NCBI GenBank assembly: GCA_965277715.1
Contig: OZ255836.1
Coordinates: forward strand, 2,496,001 to 2,560,000
DNA: 64,000 nucleotides
Direction of reading: 5' to 3'
Source of the DNA: Gammaproteobacteria bacterium
GTDB taxonomy: Bacteria > Pseudomonadota > Gammaproteobacteria > JBCCGL01
The translations under genes and the position numbers were made by a program. The notes below the pieces were generated by a model. The model had not been told where the DNA came from. It ran no database searches and saw only the letters and a list, made by a program, of their open reading frames with translations. This document shows, piece by piece, positions 11,501-20,689 of this stretch; positions within the stretch are counted from its first letter, which is position 1, and each line of letters begins with the position of its first letter.

Positions 11501-11553
11501 TTGTGTTGTGCCGCTTCGTTTTGTTGTTGTCGAAGCTGGGCTAAAAAACTCAC
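8512..11553 (-). CDS. SNF2/SWI2-family helicase-like ATPase
   Basis: LRPYQ, LLADDMGLGKT, LDEAQ, LSGTPVENHL, SLKAGGVGLNLT, QATDRAHRIGQ. Probable GTG start overlaps the cobS stop (TAGTG). Confidence 0.92.
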   Translation of the reverse strand: MSFLAQLRQQQNEAAQHNNAAPGLTLAYFLGLSQSLQPHPRTLVNCHAHLTLALVELHNQRLVSAPTPYRIQPQHLQLPPPFIHTDDINILKQLIDANPATTHAEISPKTSSNDTLRQSPVNVPVDDTVPFIQALIDTRRCFVDTRIGSSLSAIHAYIPATQGAPQTLQLAWLKNSLGEQTLTWEIPQRHRLFAIEDKVFYAASDGVIGCCHGLPDDCAMAEIEATNTVITPADTTAFLSAHQTAWQALGLPLPGELLHKTIQATVTPVAHCTTVKRRGRTKSDQLVLWFRYTTPHYCTCLAADDPRTDCGYWDGETLYKIPRQLTAEHHYADQLGAQIYRLGFQPAPPDNLHEQATTGSPRRVSTWLSDNPQHWEALLTETDHDLTTSGFVFSIAAGFYHHYIYAEKWQASVTHTDDQHWQLSIQIVADGETISLKDLLHHLNTVDKQFYARDLPHIKLENGKRLLLPAEKINGIMQELKDLMPEGGRRQRGVDGYLFPLSQLNRLQHIDDCLPQDTQWSGEQTLRHQAAAIHRQPQLIAEKPIGVNATLRPYQWLGVCWLQHLRQQNINGLLADDMGLGKTLQTLAHLSLEYQQGLLEKPALIVAPTSLLHNWVNELRRFTPQLSCLLMHGTQRHQHWQGIGQYAVVITSYTLISNDLAHWQAQPLSWVVLDEAQGIKNPRTRNSQSVKQLHSDHRLCLSGTPVENHLGELWSLMDFLMPGCLGSAVHFNTWFKGPIEQVADSTRLDQLLQRIAPFMLRRNKDEVAQDLPPKTVIPQAVSMEWQQRALYEQLKTDGWQTIQAQIDTSENSGQQQIIILTQLLKLRQVCCDPRLMGDTSTPSAKRQHCIDMLRELVDEGRAILVFSQFTQMLSLLAEDLEALDIDYQMLTGKTRKRHLLVDQFQQGKVPVFLISLKAGGVGLNLTRADTVIHYDPWWNSAAEQQATDRAHRIGQDKPVFVYKLIVEDSIESKIAELQTHKALLSQHINQQAQASGEQFATRLDELLALWGDR

Positions 11554-12266
11554 TAAACCAGCACCCCAAACAACACGCACACCTCCACCAGCTCAATGGT
11601 GGCGCCCATTGTATCCCCGGTCATACCGCCAATCTGTTGCAGCATCAGCCAGCGCAACGCACTGACGGCCAGCACCGCGATCAGCACCGCCCAAACACCG
11701 GCAAGCAGGGCACACAATAATGCACTGATAGCGATTACCGCCCAGATATAGCGACGATCAGACGCATCGACATAGCACTGCCCCAGGCCGTTTTCGCGAA
11801 TGTAGGGGGTTGTTTGGTAGAGTGCCAGCACGGCGCCACGCGCCAATACTGGTGCAACCAGTAGCAGGGCTAATTCACCACTTTCGAGCAATACCGATAA
11901 GGCGGCAAATTTGCACAGCAGTAACAACACTAGCATCACCACCGCAAATGGCCCGCAGAGTGGGTCTTTCATTACCTTCAGCGCACGCTGTTTATCGCCC
12001 CGCCCCGCCGCCCAGGCATCAGCGCTATCGGCCAGGCCATCGAGGTGTAAGCCGCCGGTGATTATCACCCAGGCCAGCAGCACCAGCGCGGCGGCCAGCA
12101 GTGGTGCCGCTATTGGCAGGGCGCCTACACAGAGTAATAACAGACCAATAACCGCCCCCACTAGGGGAAAATACAGTAGCGAGCGCGCAACGGTTGGCGC
12201 GTCAAATGTACGCTGAATAGGGAAGATACTGAGAAATTGCAGCGCGGCAAAAAAGGGGGTGTGCAT
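11553..12266 (-). CDS. cobS: Adenosylcobinamide-GDP ribazoletransferase (cobalamin synthase)
   Basis: TGGLHLDGLADSAD, MKDP..G, GGMTGDTMGA; membrane protein. Confidence 0.95.
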   Translation of the reverse strand: MHTPFFAALQFLSIFPIQRTFDAPTVARSLLYFPLVGAVIGLLLLCVGALPIAAPLLAAALVLLAWVIITGGLHLDGLADSADAWAAGRGDKQRALKVMKDPLCGPFAVVMLVLLLLCKFAALSVLLESGELALLLVAPVLARGAVLALYQTTPYIRENGLGQCYVDASDRRYIWAVIAISALLCALLAGVWAVLIAVLAVSALRWLMLQQIGGMTGDTMGATIELVEVCVLFGVLV

Positions 12267-12499
12267 GGAATGACGATTCTTTACGTTTAAATAATTGAAG
12301 TATATGAAGTTATATTGCTGTGTTTTTGATTTATTAGGGGTGTTTACCCATGATATTTGGTTACCAGAGGATATTCCTACTACCGATACATCCTGAGTAG
12401 TTACAAAAAAGAAACAACTGGCGGTAAATACGACAGCAGCTAATTTTATTAATTTGTTCTTCCAGTCAAGGAGTGTTTCTGTTCAAGCAATTTCTCCAG

Positions 12500-12590
12500 A
12501 AATTGCCGGGAGAAAATGAAACACACTGGCGCTTATTGCAAGCCCAATTGCAAAACGGCAGGGTTATCGGGCCAATGGTGCACGATGCGC
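12500..12590 (+). pseudogene. PIN-domain (VapC-like) toxin fragment
   Basis: KLPGENETHWRLLQAQLQNGRVIGPMVHDA resembles the G.xVHDA segment of PIN toxins; no N- or C-terminal parts. Confidence 0.45.
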
Positions 12591-12605
12591 AGAGGGTTTT
12601 TAGCG

Positions 12606-13265
12606 TTATACCTGCAATGGCGCGGCGTGCGACAGCAGCGAATAGTGGATGGCTTCATCACTCGAATTATCACTTGCACCCTCCTGATGCCAGGCGCGCA
12701 GCCGTGACAAAGAGGCGTATTGCACATCAAACCGCCACATACTGTGCAGCGGCAAACCCAGCGTATGGCAGATAATCATACGAATCGTTCCGCCGTGTGC
12801 GACGACCAATAGATGCTCCCCGCTATAGTGGGTCAGCATCTGATCCCAGGCGGTGGCGACCCGTGCGTTAAAATCGAGCAAACGTTCACCATCAGGCGGC
12901 GTGTTGGCCAGTGCGTCGTGCCAGACTTTGCCGAGCAAATCGGGCCACTGCGCCATCACCTCGGCGCTGTTTAGCCCTTCCCACTGCCCAAAGTGTACCT
13001 CGCGAAACCCCGGTTCGGTATGTAGTGGAATGCCCGTGCATTCAGCGAGTTCATGGGAAAATTGACTACAGCGTAACAGCGGTGAGGTAATCACCCGCTG
13101 CCACGGTACTGTGTGATCGATGTTTACCGGATCAATGGCGGTGCGCATTTGCTGCCAGCCGGTTGCCGATAGGGGGTCATCCTGCGAGCCCCGGAATTTT
13201 CGCCCACCCTGTGGTTCACCGTGGCGAATCAGATCGATGGTGGTCGTGCGTGTACTGTCGGGCAT
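12606..13265 (-). CDS. cobC: Alpha-ribazole phosphatase (histidine phosphatase family)
   Basis: LIRHGEP, SPLLRC, FREVHFGQWEG, VAHGGTIR; cob cluster context. Confidence 0.85.
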   Translation of the reverse strand: MPDSTRTTTIDLIRHGEPQGGRKFRGSQDDPLSATGWQQMRTAIDPVNIDHTVPWQRVITSPLLRCSQFSHELAECTGIPLHTEPGFREVHFGQWEGLNSAEVMAQWPDLLGKVWHDALANTPPDGERLLDFNARVATAWDQMLTHYSGEHLLVVAHGGTIRMIICHTLGLPLHSMWRFDVQYASLSRLRAWHQEGASDNSSDEAIHYSLLSHAAPLQV

Positions 13266-14317
13266 TAATTCAGTTTCTCTGAAACAGCGGCCTCGGCAAA
13301 GGTGGCCATCCCCGCGTGGAGCTTGCAGGCGAGTTGTAGCAATGGCACAGCAATGCCCGCGCCACTGCCTTCACCCAGTCGCAACCCCAAGTCCAGCAAC
13401 GGCCGGGCGTTTAATGCCTGCATTATCGCCGCGTGGCCCGGCTCTGCGGAGGCGTGGGCGTAGTGCAGCCAGTCGCCCACACTGGCCTGGTGTCGATGTG
13501 CCACCAGAGCAGCGGCGCTGGCGATAAAACCATCGACCAGAGCGGGGATGCCCTGTTGTGCACAGTGTAAATAGGCTCCCACAAGTGCGGCGATTTCAAA
13601 GCCGCCCATCAGGCGTAAAACCTCCAGCGGTGGATGGTCGCTGCCGTGAAGCGCCAGCGCAGACTGGATGCATTGGGCTTTGGCATTCACCCCCTGCGCA
13701 TCCAGCCCGGTACCAGGGCCGACGAGTGCGCTGGCGGGCATCGACAGCAAGGCACAGGCGATGGCCGTGGCGGCGCTGGTATTGGCGATGCCCATATCGC
13801 CGCCGATGAACAGTTCAACGCCATTGTCCTGGGCGCGCTGTACCGCCTGCCGACCGGCGTCAAGCGCGCTGCGTAGCTGTGTTTCATCCATCGCCGCCCG
13901 CCGGGAAAAATTGGCGGTGCCCGCCGCGATAGGGGTATCGATAACATTGGCCAACGGTGCCTCCGCCGTGGCCACTGTGCCGAGGTTCACCACCTCAAGG
14001 CGCGCTCCCAGCACCTCTGCCAGGACGCAAATAGCTGCCCCGCCCTGATTAAAGTTTTTCACCATCTCCAGGGTTACCACCTGCGGAAACGCCGAGACGC
14101 CCTCGCTGGCGATGCCGTGATCGGCGGCGAATACGGTGATTTGTACTGCCTCAATCCAGGGTTGTTCCTGGCCTTGCTGGGCGGCCAGTTGCACCGCCAG
14201 TTGCTCCAGGCGGCCAAGTGCCCCCGGTGGCTTGGTTAACTGCCCCTGGCGTTGCAGGGCCGCATCGCGGGCCTGTATATCCAGCGACTGGCAAGGGTCG
14301 TCTATCCAGTTATGCAT
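13265..14317 (-). CDS. cobT: Nicotinate-nucleotide--dimethylbenzimidazole phosphoribosyltransferase
   Basis: [35 protein letters not shown]. Confidence 0.96.
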   Translation of the reverse strand: MHNWIDDPCQSLDIQARDAALQRQGQLTKPPGALGRLEQLAVQLAAQQGQEQPWIEAVQITVFAADHGIASEGVSAFPQVVTLEMVKNFNQGGAAICVLAEVLGARLEVVNLGTVATAEAPLANVIDTPIAAGTANFSRRAAMDETQLRSALDAGRQAVQRAQDNGVELFIGGDMGIANTSAATAIACALLSMPASALVGPGTGLDAQGVNAKAQCIQSALALHGSDHPPLEVLRLMGGFEIAALVGAYLHCAQQGIPALVDGFIASAAALVAHRHQASVGDWLHYAHASAEPGHAAIMQALNARPLLDLGLRLGEGSGAGIAVPLLQLACKLHAGMATFAEAAVSEKLN

Positions 14318-14841
14318 GTGTGCTTCCCGGTTTTTTTTAACGCATAGGGCAATCCGGCGATCACTAGGGTTACCCGTTCACAGCAGTGGGCGATGGATTG
14401 GTTTAATTCACCTAACTGATCGGCGTAACGCCGCGCCAGCGCGTTGGCGGGCATCACGCCCAGGCCGATTTCACTACTGACAAACACAATACCACCGCTG
14501 AGTGTAGGCAGTTGATTTAACAGTTTATCAATCTCGCTTTGGGCGCCGATGGTGGTTTCATCCAGTAACAGGTTGCTCAACCACAAAGTGAGGCAGTCGA
14601 CCAACAGGCAATGCCCAGGGGCATCGTTTTCACGTATGGCGTTGGCCAATGCCAGCGGTGCCTCGACCAGCCGCCAGTGATCCGGGCGGCGCGCGCGGTG
14701 CCTGGCAATGCGCGTGTGCATTTCCTCATCCAGTGGCTGGGCGGTGGCGATATAGGTAACGGCGCAGTGCGTTGCGCTGGCCGCCGCTTCGGCCAGGCGG
14801 CTTTTGCCGGAACGCACACCACCGAGAAAAAGTTGTCGCAT
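14302..14841 (-). CDS. cobU: Bifunctional adenosylcobinamide kinase/adenosylcobinamide-phosphate guanylyltransferase
   Basis: [34 protein letters not shown]. Confidence 0.95.
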   Translation of the reverse strand: MRQLFLGGVRSGKSRLAEAAASATHCAVTYIATAQPLDEEMHTRIARHRARRPDHWRLVEAPLALANAIRENDAPGHCLLVDCLTLWLSNLLLDETTIGAQSEIDKLLNQLPTLSGGIVFVSSEIGLGVMPANALARRYADQLGELNQSIAHCCERVTLVIAGLPYALKKTGKHTCITG

Positions 14842-14987
14842 ACAGATCAAGTAGTTGAAAATAGCTGCGCATTATAATGCCAGGTGCCTATCGGATTCAG
14901 GATAATGATGACTTCTGCATTGCCGGGCAGGCTGCACTCAAGTAAGCTCTTGCGGTTTTTGTTACGCCTGTTTTTATAGGAAACGAC

Positions 14988-16100
14988 ATGCAACTGAATA
15001 AAATCCCCGCAACGGTCGTCACTGGTTTTCTCGGTAGTGGAAAAACCACGCTGCTGTCCAATCTGCTGAAAAATGCTGGCGGTAAACGCATCGCCGTGAT
15101 CGTCAATGAATTTGGCGAGCTGGATGTCGACGCCGAGCTGTTGCGCAACTGCCCTATCGAAGGGTGCGAAGACGATAGCGCCAATGCACCCGACGACGAT
15201 CCAAAAAATGGCTCGACGAGCGGCCCCAAAAGCGGTATCTACGAACTGGCTAACGGCTGTATTTGCTGCACAGTGCAAGAGGAGTTTCACCCAGTGCTGC
15301 GACAATTAATCGAGCGCCGCGACGAGATCGACCATATCCTTATCGAAACCTCCGGTCTGGCCCTGCCCAAGCCGCTGGTGCAAGCCTTTAACTGGCCGGA
15401 TATCAAAACCCATTGCACCGTCGATGCCGTGGTAACCGTGGTCGATGCCCCCGCGATTGCCGATGGCCGCTACGCCAACGACCCGGACGCGGTAGAGCGT
15501 CAGCGCCTGGCCGATCAGGGACTGGACCACGACCCCAGCCTGCGCGAGCTGTTCGACGACCAGCTCAGTGCCGCCGATTTGGTCGTACTCAACAAAATCG
15601 ATTTAATCGACGCTTCGGCACAGGCGGCAGTCACCGGACGCATCAACCAGCAATTGCCGCGTGCGGTCAAAGTCATCAGCGCTACGCACGGGCAACTGGG
15701 CAGCGAGCAATTACTGGGCATTGCCGCCGCCGCTGAAGAGCAGATAGAAGCGCTGCACACCCACCACGACCACCACCATCACCACGGTGAAGAACACCAC
15801 CACGCGCACGATAACTTCGACTCGATGGTGATTCCGCTCGGTGAAGTCGACAGTGACAAATTGGTCGAGGTGATCGATGCCCTGGTGCGCGAGCATGAAA
15901 TCTACCGGATAAAAGGCTTTATAGCGATTCCCGGCAAACCCATGCGCCAGGTTATTCAAAGCGTGGGCACCCGCACCGAGCGCTACTTTGACCGCCGCTG
16001 GGGTGATGATGAAGCGCGGCAGACGCAGCTAGTGGTTATCGGTCAGCGGCTGTCACGTGAGGTGCTGGAAAACGCACTAAGCACAGCAAAAGCCGCCTAA
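14988..16100 (+). CDS. cobW: Cobalamin biosynthesis metallochaperone GTPase CobW
   Basis: TGFLGSGKTT, NEFGE, ELANGCICCTV, ETSGLALPKPLV, His-rich tract. Confidence 0.94.
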   Translation: MQLNKIPATVVTGFLGSGKTTLLSNLLKNAGGKRIAVIVNEFGELDVDAELLRNCPIEGCEDDSANAPDDDPKNGSTSGPKSGIYELANGCICCTVQEEFHPVLRQLIERRDEIDHILIETSGLALPKPLVQAFNWPDIKTHCTVDAVVTVVDAPAIADGRYANDPDAVERQRLADQGLDHDPSLRELFDDQLSAADLVVLNKIDLIDASAQAAVTGRINQQLPRAVKVISATHGQLGSEQLLGIAAAAEEQIEALHTHHDHHHHHGEEHHHAHDNFDSMVIPLGEVDSDKLVEVIDALVREHEIYRIKGFIAIPGKPMRQVIQSVGTRTERYFDRRWGDDEARQTQLVVIGQRLSREVLENALSTAKAA

Positions 16101-16112
16101 CCACGCCTACCG

Positions 16113-17198
16113 ATGCGCACGCACACCTATCCCTTCAGTGCCATTGTTGGCCATCGGCGCCTCAAGCTGGCGCTGATGCTGTGCACCATCGACCCCAAGG
16201 TGGGCGGGGTGTTGCTCAGTGGTGCACGCGGCACGGCAAAATCGACCATCGCCCGCGCCCTGCTAGACCTGATGCCCAGCGTCGATGATACCCGCAATCA
16301 CTTCGTTACCCTGCCACTGGGCGCCAGCGAGGAACGCATTACCGGCACCCTCGACCTTGAAAAAGTGCTGGCCGATGGCGGCGTTGCGTTTGCACCGGGC
16401 CTGCTGCACAAGGCACACCAGGGCATTTTATACGTCGATGAAGTCAACCTGCTCGCCGACCACCTGGTCGACTTACTGCTCGACGTGGCGGCATCGGGGG
16501 TCAATACCGTTGAGCGCGACGGCATCTCACACCAACACCTGGCAGAATTTGTGCTGATCGGCACCATGAACCCGGAAGAGGGTGAGCTGCGCCCCCAACT
16601 GCTCGACCGCTATGGTTTGTGTGTCGATGTCAATGATGACTACAGCGTACCGGAACGCACTCAAATCGTCCGCGCCCGGTTGGCGTATGACGCGGCACCA
16701 ACCGCATTTATTGACAACTTCAGCGCACAACAAGCGCAACTGATCGCCCGTTGTGAGGCGGCGCGGGCGCGGCTGCCCAATGTGGTGCTAAACGATCAAC
16801 TGATCGATGAAATTGCCACACGTTGCCAGCGTGAAGGAGTAGAGGGCGTGCGCGCCGATATTGTCATCCACCGCGCCGCCTGTGCCCACGCCGCCCTGAA
16901 TGGGCGCAATGCAGTCAATTGTGACGACATTGATGCCGTAGCAGAATTTGCACTGCTGCACCGTCGTCGCCCACCGACAGAGCGGCAAACACCTCCCCCC
17001 CAACGCTCACAGCAAAAGAGCGAACAGGGAAATGATCCGCAGCAAAACCAAAGTAGTGCTGAACCCACTTCAGGCTCTGGTGATACAGAGAGCGACTGGG
17101 GTCCACTGCCAGCGATTCCCATGCCTACCGGCGAGCGTCGCCGTCTCGATATCCATAGCCGACAAACACCCACTCCGGGTAAAAAAAAACGGTACTGA
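16113..17198 (+). CDS. ChlI/BchI-like AAA+ chelatase subunit (N-terminal part of frameshifted chlD-type cobalt chelatase gene)
   Basis: YPFSAIVG, GARGTAKST, LYVDEVNLL, GTMNPEEGELRPQLLDR, followed by a Pro/Gln-rich linker. Confidence 0.9.
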   Translation: MRTHTYPFSAIVGHRRLKLALMLCTIDPKVGGVLLSGARGTAKSTIARALLDLMPSVDDTRNHFVTLPLGASEERITGTLDLEKVLADGGVAFAPGLLHKAHQGILYVDEVNLLADHLVDLLLDVAASGVNTVERDGISHQHLAEFVLIGTMNPEEGELRPQLLDRYGLCVDVNDDYSVPERTQIVRARLAYDAAPTAFIDNFSAQQAQLIARCEAARARLPNVVLNDQLIDEIATRCQREGVEGVRADIVIHRAACAHAALNGRNAVNCDDIDAVAEFALLHRRRPPTERQTPPPQRSQQKSEQGNDPQQNQSSAEPTSGSGDTESDWGPLPAIPMPTGERRRLDIHSRQTPTPGKKKRY

Positions 17199-17899
17199 AT
17201 AACACCGGCCCACGGCGCCGGGTGGCACATCGCCAGTACGTAACACAACCCAGGGGAAGCGGCAGGCCACGCAGTGTCGACGGTCTAGCCAATGGCACCG
17301 TCAATTGGTTTGCCACTCTGACCGACTCGCAAAACCTGCCCTATGGCGACAACGCTAAGCATACGCTGTCTCGTCTGCACTACCGTCTGCGGGAACAGGC
17401 AAACGCCTCGACCTGGCTAATCCTGCTGGACACCTCAGGCTCGCTGCTGGTGCGCAGCGCATTGGCCAGCGCCAAAGGTGTTATAGCGGGTTTGTGTTAT
17501 CAGGCCTACCAACAGCGACAAGCCCTTGAGCTGATCGGCTTTGGCGGTGACGGTATTGCCACCCTTCAGGCGGCGCGCAAACCACCGCGTGACAGCCTGC
17601 CACTGCTCGACAGCATCGGTGCGGGTGGCGGCACACCCTTGCGTGCCGCCTTGTTGCACCTTGCCACGCGCTGCCGACAACTGGCCCGGCAGCACCCAAC
17701 GCAAAACCGCCAGGTGTTTATCTTCACCGACGCACGCAGCCGCGACGTGCTGCACGGGATTGTGCTCAATGCTGAAATCAATATTATCGATACGGAGCAG
17801 GCGGTGGTGCCATTGGGTAGGGCGCGTGCGTTAGCAACGCTGTTGGGCGGTAGTTATCGGCATATTGATTGTTTAGAGACAGTGCCTGTCCCCCGCTAA
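17183..17899 (+). CDS. vWA domain of ChlD-like chelatase subunit, in the -1 frame
   Basis: LLDTSGS MIDAS motif, GGGTPL, FTDAR. The -1 frame is open from the A9 run at 17181-17189. Confidence 0.82.
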   Translation, partial: KKTVLNNTGPRRRVAHRQYVTQPRGSGRPRSVDGLANGTVNWFATLTDSQNLPYGDNAKHTLSRLHYRLREQANASTWLILLDTSGSLLVRSALASAKGVIAGLCYQAYQQRQALELIGFGGDGIATLQAARKPPRDSLPLLDSIGAGGGTPLRAALLHLATRCRQLARQHPTQNRQVFIFTDARSRDVLHGIVLNAEINIIDTEQAVVPLGRARALATLLGGSYRHIDCLETVPVPR

Positions 17900-18292
17900 T
17901 CAATAAACTAGTATAGCAACCACTTCAATGGGAAGTAGACGGGCGTTAATTGCTGATAACATCAGACTGTGTCTCCAACTAAACTCGGTGAGTTAAGCCG
18001 AAAAAACGCAATCGGTCGCAAAAAAGCAGCGTAAAGCATTGGTGTGCATAGGAAAATTTAAAAGTGCGTGGTGACCTACAGAAAATAGGAAATACCGAAG
18101 GTGTAGGAGGGCTGTTTCGATCCTCTTATAGATGATGAGGGATTTTTAAATCTACCCAGGTGCACCAAGAGTTTGCGTAAGCTTTCGGCATATTTTATTT
18201 TTGTTAGGCAACTGTTTGCGTTTTATAGGTTAGAATAAAGAGTTATTCAGAAAGCTGGCGAGATTTTAGGCATCTCAAGGATTCGTTGAAAA

Positions 18293-19843
18293 GTGACTAA
18301 AAAATTAATTAATAAATGGCAATTCGGTGATTTTCAGACACCTATTGATCTTGCCAGAAAAGTTGTTGAGGTTTTAAAACGAAACCATAGCATTAACCCT
18401 GATATTGTTATTGAGCCTACTTGTGGAAAGGGTGCTTTTGTTCGTGCCTCATGTGAAGGGTTCGAGGGCTCCAATATTCTTGGATTTGAAGTAAACTCTG
18501 AATATGTTATTGAAGCCGGTTTATCCTTAAAGGATATTTCTACAACAAATCGCGTAATAGTAAGTGAGGCCAATTTTTTTAATACTAATTGGGCTAAAAT
18601 TCTATCTGATTTGCAAGGAAATATCCTTGTCATTGGTAATCCGCCTTGGGTAACAAGTAGCGAATTGGGTCTTATCAATAGTAAAAATATTCCCAAAAAA
18701 TCTAACTTCCAAAATAGAAAAGGCATTGAGGCCATTACAGGATCTAGTAATTTTGATATTTCTGAATGGATGCTGTTGCAGCATATTGAGTGGTTATCAA
18801 AACGTGAGGGCACAATAGCACTCCTATGTAAGTATGCGGTTGCGCGTAAAGTTATGAGGCAAGCTAGACAGAGCGCAGAGAACCGTTTCTTTGGGCATAT
18901 CTACCCAATTGATGCAAAACTATATTTTGATGCTGCGGTAGAGGCGTGCCTTTTTGTTTTAACAACAGATACTGGAAGTACTGATTGTGAAGTTTATGAG
19001 TCATTGGACTCATTTGAGTCTTCCCATATTATTGGTGAGAGGGACGGACATATTGTAAGCAATGTTAATAATTATGAAAAATGGAGGAAACTGAAAGGGC
19101 AAGACCCACGATTTATCTGGCGTTCTGGAATAAAACATGACTGCTCAAAGGTTATGGAATTGGAGCCATTCAATAGCGATTATAAAAATGGACTTGGTGA
19201 AACAATAAGGTGCGAAGATAAATACATTTACCCTCTATTGAAAAGTTCTGATATTGGTAATGGAAGAACAAAAACATACAGAAAGGTTGTCATAATAACC
19301 CAAAAATATGTTGGTGAAGATACTTTTTTAATAAAAAAAAATGCACCAAATACTTGGAAATACCTGGTTGACCATAGAGAGTATCTAGATAAAAGAAGAA
19401 GTTCCATTTACAAAAATAAACCAGATTTTTCTATATTTGGTGTTGGTGATTACTCTTTTAAAGAATGGAAAATTGCAATATCGGGCCTATATAAAAAACT
19501 GAAGTTTAGTCTTGTTGGGCCATTAAATGGAAAAACTGTTGCATTCGACGATACTGTAAATTTTTTGTCATTTGATACCGAAGAAGAAGCTAAATTCATA
19601 TACCATTTGGTCACATCAGTTCCAGCTCTTGAGTTTCTCGAATCAATGACATTTTGGGATGAGAAGCGCTCCATTACGACACAAATTCTTAGAAGACTAT
19701 CTATAAAAGAAATAGCGATAGAGCTTGGTGTGTTTGACCAATACCAATCTTGGTCTGAAGATCAATATCCCGCCCATACAGGTCAGATGGAACTTGGTAT
19801 TGCCCAGGAAAAACCCAGTTACAGTAAAGTTGCCAGCAACTAA
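18293..19843 (+). CDS. N6-adenine DNA methyltransferase (gamma/TaqI-like order), apparently orphan
   Basis: GDFQTP, motif I EPTCGKGAF, motif IV GNPPW; AT-rich compared with flanks. Confidence 0.88.
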   Translation: MTKKLINKWQFGDFQTPIDLARKVVEVLKRNHSINPDIVIEPTCGKGAFVRASCEGFEGSNILGFEVNSEYVIEAGLSLKDISTTNRVIVSEANFFNTNWAKILSDLQGNILVIGNPPWVTSSELGLINSKNIPKKSNFQNRKGIEAITGSSNFDISEWMLLQHIEWLSKREGTIALLCKYAVARKVMRQARQSAENRFFGHIYPIDAKLYFDAAVEACLFVLTTDTGSTDCEVYESLDSFESSHIIGERDGHIVSNVNNYEKWRKLKGQDPRFIWRSGIKHDCSKVMELEPFNSDYKNGLGETIRCEDKYIYPLLKSSDIGNGRTKTYRKVVIITQKYVGEDTFLIKKNAPNTWKYLVDHREYLDKRRSSIYKNKPDFSIFGVGDYSFKEWKIAISGLYKKLKFSLVGPLNGKTVAFDDTVNFLSFDTEEEAKFIYHLVTSVPALEFLESMTFWDEKRSITTQILRRLSIKEIAIELGVFDQYQSWSEDQYPAHTGQMELGIAQEKPSYSKVASN

Positions 19844-19873
19844 CAAGGTGCTGCGATAAAGAAAATTCAATTT

Positions 19874-20473
19874 TTGAAATTGAAAACAGCATTTTTAACA
19901 CTGTTAATGTTGATGCTGTTTTCTTACGGTGGCAAGCAATTTGCCACAACATACGACAATACTACTGAGTGTAGGGTTGGTTACCCTGAACAAACCACAT
20001 CTCAATATATTTTACCTTATATGCCTAATTCAAAGTTTCTTGTTGGGCAGGGAAACTGTACAGACGGCTCTCATGGAGCCAATACAGACCAGGCGTATGC
20101 CTATGATTTTGATATGCCTATAGGTACGCATGTTATTGCCTCTAGAGCTGGAATAGTTACAGTAGTAGTTGATAACTATGCTGAGAACAATAATATCCCC
20201 GGCCAAGAGAACTATCTTGTTATTCAACATAATGATGGCTCAATTGCTGGTTATTACCACCTTACAAAAGGTGGTGTAGGTGTGGAGGTAGGTGACATAG
20301 TGTCTCAGGGACAAATTGTTGGTCAAAGTGGTAATACGGGTGATAGCTCAGAACCGCACTTACATTTTGAAATTGCACGCTGTGAAGAATGTGAAACCCT
20401 TCCTGTAAGCTTCAAAAATACACGAGAACACAAAGATGGCCTTATAGAAGGTGAGGCATACCAGGCAGAGTAA
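19874..20473 (+). CDS. Exported M23-family metallopeptidase
   Basis: Signal peptide, YAYDFDMPIGT.V.ASRAG, YYHL, SGNTG.S.EPHLHF. Confidence 0.87.
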   Translation: MKLKTAFLTLLMLMLFSYGGKQFATTYDNTTECRVGYPEQTTSQYILPYMPNSKFLVGQGNCTDGSHGANTDQAYAYDFDMPIGTHVIASRAGIVTVVVDNYAENNNIPGQENYLVIQHNDGSIAGYYHLTKGGVGVEVGDIVSQGQIVGQSGNTGDSSEPHLHFEIARCEECETLPVSFKNTREHKDGLIEGEAYQAE

Positions 20474-20689
20474 CGTTTAAGTACAATCAGTTAGCTGAAA
20501 GCTATCCGCCTAGAGATGGGGTTAAGCTTTAAAGCCAAACGAATTAGCAAGTGAAGGAAAATACCCGCCAGCGAATCAGCGCCGCAACCTTGAACAAAAG
20601 CGCCTGAAAACACCACACCTGTTGATCCTGGGTGAACGCCCTGCCTACTATACAGTGACTCCCTGACACTCCACTACCACGGATAAACG

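Noticed and set aside
14850-14987. Possible cobalamin riboswitch between cobU and cobW (starts AGGTGCC)
   Set aside because: I could not find the conserved GGGAA, CCCCGCAACTGT or B12-box elements; it would need an Rfam scan.
15761-15812. CAC-rich low-complexity repeat
   Set aside because: It encodes the normal His-rich metal-binding tract of CobW.
20468-20497. TAAC...GTTAGCT after the M23 gene as an attC
   Set aside because: Far too short for an attC and lacks paired L arms.
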